A stretch of 64,000 bases of DNA from Macrostomum lignano (Eukaryota): assembly GCA_002269645.1 (NCBI GenBank), contig NIVC01001856.1, positions 124,001 to 188,000 on the forward strand, read 5' to 3'. Position 1 is the first letter of the stretch. Every line of letters starts with the position of its first letter. Shown here piece by piece: positions 15,134 to 27,920 of this stretch. The translations under genes were made by a program, and so were the position numbers. Below the pieces are notes generated by a model. It was not told the DNA's origin. It did not search any database and saw nothing but the letters and a program-made list of their open reading frames with translations.

Positions 15134-16416
15134 TGGGGTAATTCTTAACAAAAGTTTGGCTTCTTAACAATAGAGAACAACTTGGCTCTGCTGTTAATTT
15201 ATATACACAGGTCGGTGAACAACATCAATAATGATAAAAGGCGACTGTCGGTACAAGATTAAACAAACCAGATTAAACCTGTTCTGGCGGCAACGGAATC
15301 GGCTGCATAACTGCAAATCCATGGCTGTAACTCCGTCACGTGTGGCGCGCACCTGCATGGAATTGATAAGATATTCCTGTGCTTACTGGCTTGCTTGCAT
15401 TGTGAGAAAATTCACAATGAGCGTTGATTTTATTAAAAAACATTGTATGGAACTTTTATCAGTTCCAGTGAGCTCAGTTTTAGAGATTTGCTCACAGCCG
15501 AACCGAAATGAGCTTGTTGAGTAGTTCCCGACGCCCCGAGGCTCGCGCTCTGATGGACTTTCTTCAGGCTAAGAACGAAGATTGATTGAATAATTTCAAT
15601 TGCATCCCCTAGTAGTACAATAAGTAGAAGTGGTGACCTTCCCCGAGACAATTTTGCTTTGAGTTTCTATCCGCCAAGTTTTGCGACAAATTTCTTGCTC
15701 GCAGCATTGGTTACCGTCCAGATCGTATACAACGTTTTTATTGGCAAGGTCGGATATTAGGCTCTCTCTTACTCACTGGTGCAGTGACTAGGTTACAGCC
15801 TGTCTGTCAACTTGCCTTTCATTTAGCATTAGAAACTGTCACAGAAAGTGCCACGTAAAAACGTTTCGGACTCTCGAGAAGCCAAATCCGCTGCATTATT
15901 TTTATGCGGTTCATTATACTATATATAGCTTTGTGCGTTCAATTTAAGATCGCGCTGAGTTGAAATAACAATTTAACTGACAGACAGATCGCAGGATGGA
16001 TCGAACAGCGATCAAAGATGAAACTCTCTAACATAAACAAAGGCAAAGTCTATGGTTCTCAAATTGAACGCTACTTTTCTTAAATTGAACGCAAAAACGG
16101 TTTTGGCCCACAGCAGCACCCCCATTTTTTACCATAGATATCTCTGCCAGCCGCCACTTGCAGCCAATGTGGCCATGCTCACTTCAAATTCTTAAATTGA
16201 GTGCAAATTTTATGAACTTGAACGCAAAAAGCTATATTGTTCCCTTTTGTCTATGGTTTCCGGCATTCATACTTGCGGTAACAATTTAATTGTTTGTCGG
16301 CTTTTTTCGATTGTTGCCGGATTTCAGACGAATGTATTTGGCTATCAAAACAAGGAACAACAATAGCAACACGGCGAAAGTGTTTCATAGTCACAAAAAG
16401 TTCTTAAGAACAAACC

Positions 16417-16700
16417 TCAGAAAAGCCTCAGATAATCGTTCAAAAATCGATCCGGAACACGCTCAAACTCCTGGCAGAGCCCCTTCTCGTTGAGGAACTG
16501 TCGGAACCTTGCCACGTGAAGCTTCCGTTGCGTCTCGGTCGATTTCGGCACTGAGTCACTCTCAAGTCGGTCCAACATTTCCAGATCTTCGCTACCTAGC
16601 TCAGGCAGCCCGTTGGAACTGGACGACGCATCCAGGTTGTCCATCTCCAGAACGTAGCGCGTGCTCGACTCTCGGGTGACAAAAGCCAACTCGTCCGTGG
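16417..16700 (-). mobile_element. Probable Crypton/DUF3504-type tyrosine-recombinase transposon fragment (N-terminal SAM-like part)
   Basis: SVPKSTETQRKLHVARFRQFLNEKG...EFERVPDRFLNDYLRLF resembles the N-terminal region of Crypton/KCTD1/ZMYM-type recombinases; stops afterwards, no catalytic domain seen. Confidence 0.5.
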
Positions 16701-18434
16701 AGAGTCCACATATTTCTCCGCCAGGAATGTTTGCGTAGCGAATCATAGCTAGTTTTCCTATTTGCACTCCGAATAGGAGAATTAATTCAAGCTCAAAATC
16801 AACTTGAGAATTAACTCATGGCAGCCAGGCTAGCTGTCTTCACTGTCCTTTAAATTTGCCATAAACGATTAATTATCTCTACAACCCTTTCATTTAGAGA
16901 GCAACTAAATTTGCCATAGACGATTGATTATCTCTACAACCCTTTCAAAGCGCATTCCGGCAACAATCGCATTTCATACTCAGCATCCGCACTATACATG
17001 TCTGGGCCATAGACAGGGGAAGTCAAAAGGGTACAATAATGACATGTACCGATTTTTTTCGGCAGCAATTGCTCTACTAAGCTTCAGCCGCTACGCGGCT
17101 TCAGCTTACGCAATTGCTGCCGAAAAAAATCGGTATATATCGTTACATTAATCGCTGTGCGCCCGAGGATTTGCCATTGACGCCCGCAAAGCATGGGCAT
17201 TACTGTTATTATAGTTAGACTAGGCGTGTTGAAACGGGGAGAAACGCACGGCATCTCGCCCGCTGCAATAATCTATGGCCAACTTCAATAAGTAAAAAAG
17301 CTCGTATGCATATAAGTATCTAGTTAATTTTTCTACAACTTAAAGTAAAGCTTAGTGCTGCTTAACAATTCTTAGTATCAGTTACTATTTTTTCAATTCG
17401 CAAAATAAGGAGTTTTGGCCATAGACAATTTTTGGATTTCATTATTTCTTTCTTTGTCTTGTGTGCCGGTGTGCTAATGTGCCCACACCCCCGCAAGGGG
17501 GCTCAGCGCCCCCTTGACCCCGCTTTCTTCTGACTTTGCCATAGACATTTTCAGCGGCCCGTGAAACCGACTGAATGCATTGGAGTAAATGGGATTTTAC
17601 CATAGACAGTCTCAGCGGCCCGTGAAACGCGGTTTCACGCCCGCTAACTATAACACTAATATGGATGGGCCGCATCGGGCAGAAACGAGCTAACACTCCT
17701 CGGCGCTATTGTGCCATAGACGCAGATCAAGGCTGCGAGAGAAGGAATGGAAGAGCGGGTGCAGGAGCTAAGTTTCAACCATGGACACTTCCATTTGATG
17801 AAAACGAAGCTTTTCACGCAGCACTGCAGTCTATAGAAACAAAAAAGTTGCAGCACAGTATAAAAGAGATTGAACCAGCAATTTTTCTGGCATTAAATTT
17901 AAGTTTTGACTTGAAATTTAGTTCGATTCATGCGAGCTTGACTGTAGTCCACGCTCGTATGGTTTTTATGGGATTGATTAAGTGCCTGCCGGGCAAAAGG
18001 TTATGGTGCAATTATACAATATCGATGCTTCTTTAGGTTCAACAATTAAATTACAGATTTGCCAGCTCGTACACCGAAAGATTAGTGCACTGGACATCTA
18101 GTCGGAGACATAGTGCGCATCTCTCTGCAAGATCAGTCAGTCCCTGTGGGTTTTACAATCCATCAGCTGGATCGCGATTCGCTAAAACACAGGCGCGAGA
18201 GAGCATATTAATGCGCTTTTAGCCTAACTTGTCAAATGTACACCGCCTACCAAACTCTGCGATTCTGTACAAGCTCTGCGCCCAAGTTCTGTCTGTCTGT
18301 ATCTCTCTCTCCCCCTATCCTTTCTTTGCTCAGTAATGCGTGACCCTGCAGATAGTAGGCAAAAATAGAGAGAAAGCGCGAATCGTCGGAGAAGCATTTG
18401 AAAGCCACCAGTAGAGCTGCCCAGAGTGCCCGAG

Positions 18435-19352
18435 ATGGAGCCAGTACTGGACGCCAGCGGCCAGCCCATCAGCGGCATCGTCCACACGCCGGATGCTGAG
18501 GGTGTCACGGTGAAGAATCGCCTATGGCGCGGCTACTACGTGTCGGACTTTCCCGAGGCCGAGGTGCGCATGGACAGACTGTGCGAGTTCAGCCCCAGGC
18601 CCGACGACGTGTTCATCTACGCTTATTTAAAGTGCGGCACCCACTGGCTGCACGAGATCTGTCACTTCCTGCTGACTGGCCAGGCCGAGGTCCGGCCGCA
18701 ACCCAAGGAGCTGGCCATGGTTGAGGCGGCCGACCTTGAGGATTTAGATAAGATCCCATCGCCTCGAGTGCTCAATTGTCACATGCGCTGCTCAATCCTG
18801 CCGCAGCGGCTGGTCGCTGGCAACAAAATTATCTACGTTGTGCGCAATCCCAAGGACACGGCCGCCTCGCTGTACCATCACGTGGCAGGCATAGACGACT
18901 ACGAGTACAAGGGCAGCTTCAAAGGGTTCCTGGGCCTGTTCGAGAACGGCACCATGGACGCTGGGTCTTGGTTCAGTCATACCCGAGACTTCCTGACCGC
19001 CATGGCCCGAGAAGGCGGCGGCAACATCCTCATGGTGGAGTTCGAGCGGCTGAAACGGGACCCGGAGTCTCAGATCCGGCGCATCGCCAGGTTCCTGCTC
19101 GACATAGACATCTCGGACAGTCTGCTGACCGCCATCTGCGAGAAGGTGTCCTTCAAGAGCATGCAGAAAGCGCGCAGCAACGATTTCAAAGAGTTCTTCA
19201 ACGAGCGGGCCAGCCAACACGGCTTCTACCGCAAGGGAGAGGTCGGCGATTGGAGGAACTACTTTGATGAGGAGTCCAGCCTCCGCATTGATCGTCTGTG
19301 CGCCGAGGCTCTGGCCGGCTTTGAGCACCTCTATCAGCCCATTTACGAGTGA
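18435..19352 (+). CDS. Cytosolic sulfotransferase (SULT family), single exon, 305 aa
   Basis: PRPDDVFIYAYLKCGTHWL (5'-PSB loop), PSPRVLNCH, YVVRNPKDTAASLYHH (3'-PB), GSWFSH, FYRKGEVGDWRNYF. Confidence 0.95.
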   Translation: MEPVLDASGQPISGIVHTPDAEGVTVKNRLWRGYYVSDFPEAEVRMDRLCEFSPRPDDVFIYAYLKCGTHWLHEICHFLLTGQAEVRPQPKELAMVEAADLEDLDKIPSPRVLNCHMRCSILPQRLVAGNKIIYVVRNPKDTAASLYHHVAGIDDYEYKGSFKGFLGLFENGTMDAGSWFSHTRDFLTAMAREGGGNILMVEFERLKRDPESQIRRIARFLLDIDISDSLLTAICEKVSFKSMQKARSNDFKEFFNERASQHGFYRKGEVGDWRNYFDEESSLRIDRLCAEALAGFEHLYQPIYE

Positions 19353-20351
19353 CAGAGGCTAATTTTATGAACACTAACTTCCCTTTGCTCGAATATTAGT
19401 AATAACAAAATAATTATTGAATCATTGAACGCATTAAAGAAATGCTTGTCTTAGAAATATCATCGCAAGGAATTAAATTTTTCTTCGGTACTATACTTCA
19501 GTCATTAAACAACATTTGTCTCTGCCTGTGCCAACTATTCTAAATAATTGATGGCAGCAAGCCACATGGGACTGGTCGAGTTGCCACTCATTACCTGGCA
19601 TCAGCTGAGAGTGCTCAAACTTCACGTCCAGCATGGCCGAGTAGGTAATTAATTTAGACAGACAATTCAGCCGTCATTGTTAAAACTCGCTTGCGCAGAA
19701 AAAAGGAAAAAATAAGAACTATTAACAAATTAAGCAAGGCCTAAACTTATCAATACCTGTTTGCTTTCGAACCACCTGCCAAGGCGGAGTTTTCCTTTTT
19801 CGTGGGACAATTTCTCAGTGAGATCCTTCGAGTCAGGCCGAGAGTTCATTTGCACTTTTATTTCCAAGCAAGCTGCAGTTGCGTGCGTTTCCTGGGAAGA
19901 GAAGAGGGAATAGATAAGGCTACAATTCGAAATAGCTACAACTTCTGTGAATACAAACCGTTGAGAACCGCTTAAGACTGGCTGACTGAATCATCTATGC
20001 TGTTGGTTTCTCCATAGCAACTATCGGCAGAACCTTCGTACGTAAAAATTATTGAATTGTATAACTATATATGAAATTCAAAACTAGGAAGATCTAATTT
20101 TATTTCTATATCGCAACTGCTCAACAGAACCACTTTTTATCAAGGGCTTCTTCTATAAGAGTTACAAAAGTAGAATTACAGTAAAAAGTTTATATAAACC
20201 TATTAGACAAAGAAATTCGCAACTTCCTAAAGTTTTGGCACTATAATACTTGGCTCCTAAAGCTATGCTATACAAAAAGAATGTTATTACTACTCAAATG
20301 TACTTCAAACTACAAAGCAAGTCTGTGTCTGTTTGTTAGTCTGCCACTGAA

Positions 20352-21128
20352 TCAGCGCTGCGCTTGCAGGTTGTCCCTGCACACTTCGTCCCAGTCAGGC
20401 CACACGGCCGCTTTCACCCTGTCAGCGTAGTCGCTCAGATTCCTGGCCCTCTCCATGATGAAGCTCTTGTGCGGGTAGTCAATGGGCAGGTAAAGAATCT
20501 GAGCCAGGTGAGCGAACGCGCTGGCGTCCACGGTGGACAGCTGGTCTCCCAGCATGTACTTCTTGTTGCCAAGTAGCACGGACAGAGCCAGGAGGTCGTC
20601 GCAGCCGATCTGGTAGATCTCCTCAGGCGAGTTCCTGCCGATCCCGTGCTCAGTCAGCCTGCGCTTCGACAGCGTAGGCATGAACGCAGTGAACATCTTC
20701 GCCTGCCAGGCGGGCAGGAACTCCATCAGCGCGATGGTCTCACGGATTCGCTCCACGTAGCGGTAGTAGGCGTAGGAGAAAACAGTCCGATTGTCCAGCA
20801 CCACGGAGATCACCCTGCCCAGGGCCTGCTGCTCAGCGTTGAGCTCGTCAGCTTTGTCGAATTCCTTAGTTAAGAACTGGATGACCAGGGTGGACTCGTT
20901 GTACTCCTTGCCGTTGTACTCAATGAAAGGAATCTGACCTTTGGAGCTGCTGTTCTCAAGCGCCCTGATGGTTTTGTGCGGAATCTGCTTGATGCGCAGC
21001 CAGGTCTCCAGTTTGAGCCCGAACGGGGACGCCGAGACGCAGGTCCGCAGGCTGGGAAAGTTGAACGCGTACACCATGCCTTCGTCGAAGTTTTCAACCT
21101 TCAATTTGCTCGAACTGCTGCCTCCCAT
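20352..21128 (-). CDS. Failed-axon-connections (FAX)/metaxin-like GST-fold protein, single exon, 258 aa
   Basis: SASPFGLKLETWLR, SSSKGQIPFIEYNG, ESTLVIQFL, HGIGRNSPEEIY, DLLALSVLLGNKKYMLGD.LSTVDASAFAHLAQILY; possible N-myristoylation MGGSSS. Confidence 0.9.
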   Translation of the reverse strand: MGGSSSSKLKVENFDEGMVYAFNFPSLRTCVSASPFGLKLETWLRIKQIPHKTIRALENSSSKGQIPFIEYNGKEYNESTLVIQFLTKEFDKADELNAEQQALGRVISVVLDNRTVFSYAYYRYVERIRETIALMEFLPAWQAKMFTAFMPTLSKRRLTEHGIGRNSPEEIYQIGCDDLLALSVLLGNKKYMLGDQLSTVDASAFAHLAQILYLPIDYPHKSFIMERARNLSDYADRVKAAVWPDWDEVCRDNLQAQR

Positions 21129-21724
21129 GCCTGTAGTTGATTGGAGATAATTTGCTGCTTAGACAATTCTACTGAGCGGTTTGGATTGTCAACTCTGCTT
21201 CAGTCTCTGCTCTTAGCCTTCTCTTTTTTTCTACCTCTGTCGCACTACCAGCCACTCTTGGGGCAGGCAAAAGCATTTAGTTCATAGAAAACTGTATAGC
21301 CAGGCAAATTCTAAAAAATCTATGCATTTCGTTTCACACCGCAAGGTCTGACCTCGTTTGAGAGTGCGCTAAGGCCTCGCTGATAGCATGTACACTAACG
21401 ATGAGAACAACATACTTACAATTGTCTGTCCCTAGCGTGAGAGACACCTGAGAGAATAATTTCGTTCTCACCGCAACAGATTAGGCCATAATTCGAGCCG
21501 TAAATTGTCTGATAAATTTCTTTTCAAATTTCTCAGGCTCATGTCTGGTTAAAGAGATAGTTGAGAACTTTTGCTCTACTTTGAATTGCATATTTACTGA
21601 TAATAAATGGATATCTTTTTCAAATATGATTACATCAAAAATTTTAGTTTATTTACGGGGAGGCAACAAAGAAAAAATGTTTGAATAAACAACGATTACA
21701 TGTAGCTTATGGCCTTCATGTATA

Positions 21725-22180
21725 TACTCAGCAACAGCTAAACCCCCCCCCCAACTCACGCTGTCACACGGGCACAAAAGTTAAGCAATGTCTTTAATTC
21801 TAGTCTCAGGATCGTGTGTAGGAACCACGAGCATGCAAAAGTGCCGTGACTCGTCGTGGCATCCTGATCACCAGCCGGTTGATGAACTCTTGGGGCAGCT
21901 GCTGCCAGGCATTCAGCACCGCCAGTCGCAACTGTTCAGCATTCTGTGGGGCATCCTGCTGAACTCTTCGCTTTACAAAGTCCCAGACATGCTCGATGGG
22001 GTTCATGTCTGGAGACTTTGAGTTGCGCCACCCCCTCCCCAAATCCCCCATGCCGCACTTTGCGCTCGCGTCTGGCAGCGGCAGCCTTCACACATTTCTG
22101 AGTTACCGATGGCATACAAAACTTTTGGGCCGTGTGACAGCGTGAGTTGGGGGGGGGGGGGGTTTAGCTGTTGCTGAGTA
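21725..22180 (-). mobile_element. Internally deleted Tc1/mariner element (~455 bp)
   Basis: ~50-bp TIRs TACTCAGCAACAGCTAAACCCCCCCCCCAACTCACGCTGTCACACGG, TA flanks; carries the transposase C-terminus SPDMNPIEHVWDFVKRRV...NAWQQLPQEFINRLV..MPRRV. Confidence 0.92.
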
Positions 22181-22960
22181 TAGTCACCTGTTTAAAGCAA
22201 AAAGTATTTTCCCTGAAAACTTGATATCTAGCCTATGAGACATCAGTACCCCCGTGAGCTTTTGGCATCAAAGCCTCTCTTTGAGCCGTGGCCTAACCCT
22301 GACTCTCCCATTGATGCTTGGCCTATCCACCAACAACTCCCAATTGACTGCTTCAATTTTCGTTTACGGAGCTTTATCCAGGCATGCTCCAGGTCACCTT
22401 CGCTCCAAAATATTCCCCCATCCTATTAGAACTCAGTACTGGTAGGTAACTTCTCCGAGTTGTTTAACACACTTTTGAGCGGCCATTATTTCACACTTTT
22501 AATTTGATTTGATTGGATGAGAGATGGGGTGGGTGAACTGATCGGTCACTTGGGCAGAGAGTATGATGTACATTGCTTACACTTGGCGAGGGACAGCTGA
22601 ATTGACAATCAGATAAGATAATTGGCGACTCCATAACTTAGTAATAAATTTATAATTAGCTTAATAAAATCCGAGCAGTATGGAGTCGCTGAATGGTGCA
22701 ATAATTACCGCTTGGACTTGTCATTGTGTCTGGATAAAAGTTCTTCGCAATGTCTATCCAACTCAGATTTACACGTACGTACGTAGTTGTACTCTACCGG
22801 GCAAAGAGTCGGCCTGACTTTATTGCGCAACCCAGCTGGTAAGGGTTGAGATAGAAATGAAAAGGGAGACCTAGTCTGCGATACAACTAGTGTCTTGAGT
22901 GACAGGTGCAGGACAACTACAGTACATCTGACTGAAGCCAGAGAGCCGACAAGCCGACAC

Positions 22961-25900
22961 ATGCCATCGAACTCGTTCCCGTTGATCCGCCTGCCGCGCT
23001 ACTGCCTGAACAACTGGCAGCTGGTGACCGCCGCCATCCTGCTGCTGTTGGCCAACATCGGCATGTCGATGTGGGCCTTCATTGAATGCAGCAACTTCGA
23101 CAAGCTGCTGCTGGCCGCCAAGATGACCGGCCGGCCGCTGAACCTGGACTGCAGCATCGTGTTGGTGTTTGTGCTGCGCAAGACTTTCTCAGCTTGCCGG
23201 CGATGGCGAATCAGCCGACTGCTGCCCATTGAGCAGAGCATTCGCTTGCACAGCCTCACCGGCTGCCTCATCTGCGTGCTCGGGCTGGCGCACTCGCTTG
23301 TGCACATCGTCCGCACCGGCCTGCTGCTGTCTAGCGGCGGCCTGGCCTGCTCACCGGTCGCCGCCTACCTGGGCACCTGTCTGCGCATTGGCTGGGTTGG
23401 CTGGGCGGCCTCGCCAACCGGAGTGGCCCTGCTTGTCATCAGCCTAATCATTGCAGCCACGGCTAATCCAGCGGTTCGGTCGCGACTGTTCAAGACATTT
23501 CAGTATGCTCACCTGCTCTACTATCCTTTTCTGGTGCTGTGCATTCTGCATGCCAGGTGAGTGCCTTGCAAATATCTTTTAGTAGCTAAGCAAGCTAAAA
23601 TATGCTACCAGCGATTTTCAAGAATGCATATTAAATAATTAACACTAAAAGTTACTAGTTCCTTAAAAAATAATGTCTACCTACCCAATCCAGTCTACTC
23701 AACCCTGTCTACTCAACTCAGTCTACTCAACCCAGTTTACTCAACCCTGTCTACTCAACCCAGTCTGCTCAACCCAGTCTACTCAACTCAGTCTACTCAA
23801 CCAGTCTACTCAAGCCTGTCTATTCAACCCAGTCTACTCAACCCTGTCTATTCAACCCAGTCTACTCAAGCCTGTCTACTCAACCCTGTCTACTCAAGCC
23901 TGTCTATTCAACCCAGTCTACTCAACCCTGTCTATTCAACCCTGTCTACTCAACCCTGTCTATTCAACCCAGTCTACTCAAGCCTGTCTACTCAACCAGT
24001 CTACTCAAGCCTGTCTATTCAACCCAGTCTACTCAAGCCTGTCTACTCAACCAGTCTACTCAAGCCTGTCTATTCAACCCAGTCTACTCAAGCCTGTCTA
24101 CTCAGCCCTGTCTACTCAACCCTGTCTATTCAACCCAGTCTACTCAACCCTGTCTATTCAACCCAGTCTACTCAAGCCTGTCTACTCAGCCCTGTCTACT
24201 CAACCCTGTCTATTCAACCCAGTCTACTCAACCCTGTCTATTCAACCCAGTCTACTCAAGCCTGTCTACTCAACCCTGTCTACTCAACCCTGTCTATTCA
24301 AACCAGTCCACTCAAGCCTGTCTACTCAACCAGTCTACTCAAGCCTGTCTACTCAACCCAGTCTACTCAACCCTGTCTATTCAACCCAGTCTACTCAAGC
24401 CTGTCTACTCAACCCTGTCTATTCAACCCTGTCTACTCAACCCTGTCTATTCAACCCAGTCTACTCAAGCCTGTCTACTCAACCAGTCTACTCAAGCCTG
24501 TCTATTCAACCCAGTCTACTCAACCCTGTCTATTCAACCCAGTCTACTCAACCCTGTCTACTCAACCCTGTCTACTCAACCCTGTCTATTCAACCCAGTC
24601 TACTCAAGCCTGTCTATTCAACCCAGTCTACTCAAGCCTGTCTACTCAACCCTGTCTACTCAACCCTGTCTATTCAACCCAGTATACTCAACCCTGTCTA
24701 TTCAAACCAGTCCACTCAACCCAGTCTACTCAACCCTGTCTATTCAACCCAGTATACTCAACCCTGTCTATTCAAACCAGTATACTCAACCCTGTCTATT
24801 CAACCCAGTATACTCAACCCAGTCTACTCAACCCTGTCTATTCAACCCAGTCTACTCAACCCTCCCTACCCAACCTTGTTTTCCTTGCACTGTCTATTCA
24901 ACACCCTGTCTGCCCTAGACCTCTCCCCGTCACTCCACAGATACTACTGGCTGTTCGCTCTGATCCCACTGAGCATGCTCCTGCTAGAGCAGCTGCTGGG
25001 AGCCCGGCCAGTCCACGAGCTCCTGCACGGCAAGTTCACTATCGAGGCCGTAAACTTTCATGCGCCCCGTCACGATGAGAGCACCCAAGTAGTGGAGCTG
25101 GTGATGCGAACGGAGCGCCGAGTCGCCTTCAGCCCGGGTGCCTACGTGTACATCAACCTGCCCGCGGTGTCCCACTTTGAGTTCCACCCGTTCACCATCA
25201 GCAGCCCGCCGGAGCGATGCGACGCAATCACAGTACACATCCAGGCCGTGGGCCCTTGGACAAGGCGACTGTACGACCACTTTCGAGCGATGGCGGAGGC
25301 CAAGCAGCCCGAAGCTGGGCGCGTCACTGTGGCGACTAAGCGACATCCGACTGCAGGCGAAGACTATGACTCGCTGGTGGTCTGCGAGAGAGTCTTTGTT
25401 GAAGGACCGTACGAGGTTCGAGATAAGATTATTTTTCTGATCTTATTCACAGAATGCCATTAAAACACCAGCCTTAACAACCCCTCTGAGACCCTGGCTG
25501 TGAATGTACACTGCATGCTCCCAATCAGCGTCAACCCCTCTGAGACCCTGGCTGTGAATGTACACTGCACGCTCCCAATAAACCTCATCAACCCCTCTGA
25601 GACCCTGGCTGTGAATGTACACTGCACGCTCCCAATCAACCTCAAAAACCCCTCTGAGACCCTGGCTGTGAATGTACACTGCACGCTCCCAATCAGCGTC
25701 AACCCCTCTGAGACCCTGGCTGTGAATGTACACTGCACGCTCCCAATCAGCGTCAACCCCTCTGAGACCCTGGCTGTGAATGTACACTGCACGCTCCCAA
25801 TCAACCTCAACAACCCCTCTGAGACCCTGGCTGTGAATGTACACTGCACGCTCCCAATCAACCTCAACAACCCCTCTGAGACCCTGGCTGTGAATGTACA

Positions 25901-27397
25901 CTGCACGCTCCCAATCAACCTCAACAACCCCTCTGAGACCCTGGCTGTGAATGTACACTGCACGCTCCCAATCAACCTCAAAAACCCCTCTGAGACCCTG
26001 GCTGTGAATGTACACTGCACGCTCCCAATCAACCTCAACAACCCCTCTGAGACCCTGGCTGTGAATGTACACTGCATGCTCCCAATCAACCTCAACAACC
26101 CCTCTGAGACCCTGGCTGTGAATGTACACTGCATGCTCCCAATCAACCTCAACAACCCCTCTGAGACCCTGGCTGTGAATGTACACTGCACGCTCCCAAT
26201 CAACCTCATCAACCCCTCTGAGACCCTGGCTGTGAATGTACACTGCACGCTCCCAATAAACCTCATCAACCCCTCTGAGACCCTGGCTGTGAATGTACAC
26301 TGCACGCTCCCAATCAACCTCAAAAACCCCTCTGAGACCCTGGCTGTGAATGTACACTGCACGCTCCCAATCAACCTCAACAACCCCTCTGAGACCCTGG
26401 CTGTGAATGTACACTGCATGCTCCCAATCAACCTCAACAACCCCTCTGAGACCCTGGCTGTGAATGTACACTGCATGCTCCCAATCAACCTCAACAACCC
26501 CTCTGAGACCCTGGCTGTGAATGTACACTGCACGCTCCCAATCAACCTCATCAACCCCTCTGAGACCCTGGCTGTGAATGTACACTGCACGCTCCCAATA
26601 AACCTCATCAACCCCTCTGAGACCCTGGCTGTGAATGTACACTGCACGCTCCCAATCAACCTCAAAAACCCCTCTGAGACCCTGGCTGTGAATGTACACT
26701 GCACGCTCCCAATCAACCTCAAAAACCCCTCTGAGACCCTGGCTGTGAATGTACACTGCACGCTCCCAATCAGCGTCAACCCCTCTGAGACCCTGGCTGT
26801 GAATGTACACTGCATGCTCCTAATCAACCTCAAAAACCCCTGAGACCCTGGCTGTGAATGTACACTGCATGCTCCTAATCAACCTCAACAACCCCTAAAA
26901 CCGCGGCCCACGTAAACCACTTTCGCAACCCAAAGGTGCACACGAAGCCGTCCTGGAGCCACAAGCACGTGATCATGGTGTCCGCCGGTATCGGAGTCAC
27001 CCCGTACGCCTCCATCCTGCGCAGCCTGGTGCACCGGCGCGCCGAACAGGACAGCCAGGTGCGCTGCCGGCGAGTTGACTTCGTGTGGGTTGCCCGCAGT
27101 CTCAACGGCTTTCGCTGGTTCGCCGACCTCCTGCAGGAGCTGGAGGCCGACAACGCTGACTGGCTGAAGATGCACCTGTTTCTGACCCGGGTCAAGCCAG
27201 ATTCGGCCACCCGCGAGCTCAATCTGAGTCACGTGACTTACAATCGGCCCGATTGGACCGAGCTACTCGGCAAGCTGTCTGACACCATGCCAGACTGCCG
27301 CTCCTGGGTGTACACCTGCGCCTCGCCTCTGCTGGCCGACTGCGTTGCCAACGCCTGCTGGAGCCTGCTGCTCCCGCATCGGACGCACAGCTTCTGA
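22961..27397 (+). CDS. NOX5: NOX5-like NADPH oxidase without EF-hands, ~510 aa; exons 22961-23556, 24941-25415, 26936-27397
   Basis: Heme His pairs H-x13-H (RLHSLTG..LAH) and H-x12-H (YAHLLY..ILH); GWVGWAASPTGVALL (NOX5 hallmark); FAD motif HPFTISS; EGPY; SAGIGVTPYASIL; DFVWVARS; splice phases consistent, total 1533 nt. Confidence 0.88.
23680..24915. repeat. 13/14-bp variant minisatellite (AACCCTGTCTACTC family), NOX intron 1
   Basis: Tandem variants AACCCTGTCTACTC / AACCCAGTCTACTC / AAGCCTGTCTACTC / ...TATTC. Confidence 0.95.
25465..26895. repeat. 57-bp (54-bp variant) minisatellite, NOX intron 2
   Basis: CCCTCTGAGACCCTGGCTGTGAATGTACACTGCACGCTCCCAATCAACCTCAACAAC repeated ~25 times. Confidence 0.97.
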
Positions 27398-27824
27398 TGA
27401 ACTTTCGGAGTTGGTTGCTAGGCAACGAAATAATCGCGTCTTATCTCCCTCTTACATTTAAAATCAATCGTATTGCAGTATTTTTATTCCAGAAAGTGTC
27501 TAAGCATACTTTTTAAAATCTACAATACGGTTGTTTTACTGAGAATACAGAAAAATTCTCAAAGGTACACACGGAGCATGACGACGCTCCGTACTACACT
27601 ACTCAGTAGCATCATAGAACGCAAAACATTTCGTATTGCAAAGAATGTTTGGCATGGCATTTTTAATCCTAGAATAAAAAATATATGTTAGCAACTTTCA
27701 TTCTGTTCCATTGATTTCATTTTGACAGTCGCAGATCGACCAGCTTTATCGTAGGCTTCGCTTACGAAATGCCAGTCAAATAAGCAAACCCAGTCAATTG
27801 ATTAATTCACTCCCTCTGATCAAT

Positions 27825-27920
27825 GTCCCCGGGTTCGAACCCGTGCGCGGCCACACGACTCACGATTCCCGCCCACGAGTGCCAACACCCCCAAGGCACA
27901 GAGTGTACACCCGGTGTGAG
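27825..27920 (+). mobile_element. Short SINE-related fragment
   Basis: GGTTCGAACCCGTGCGCGGCCACA matches the head of the 10770 copy; CCCCCAAGGCACAG and GTACAC...GTGTGAG match the SINE body. Confidence 0.55.

Noticed and set aside
23673-26843. 596-, 455-, 457- and 447-aa repeat ORFs; CRISPR-like appearance of the 57-bp array
   Set aside because: Intronic minisatellites with no unique spacers and no cas genes, in a eukaryotic context.
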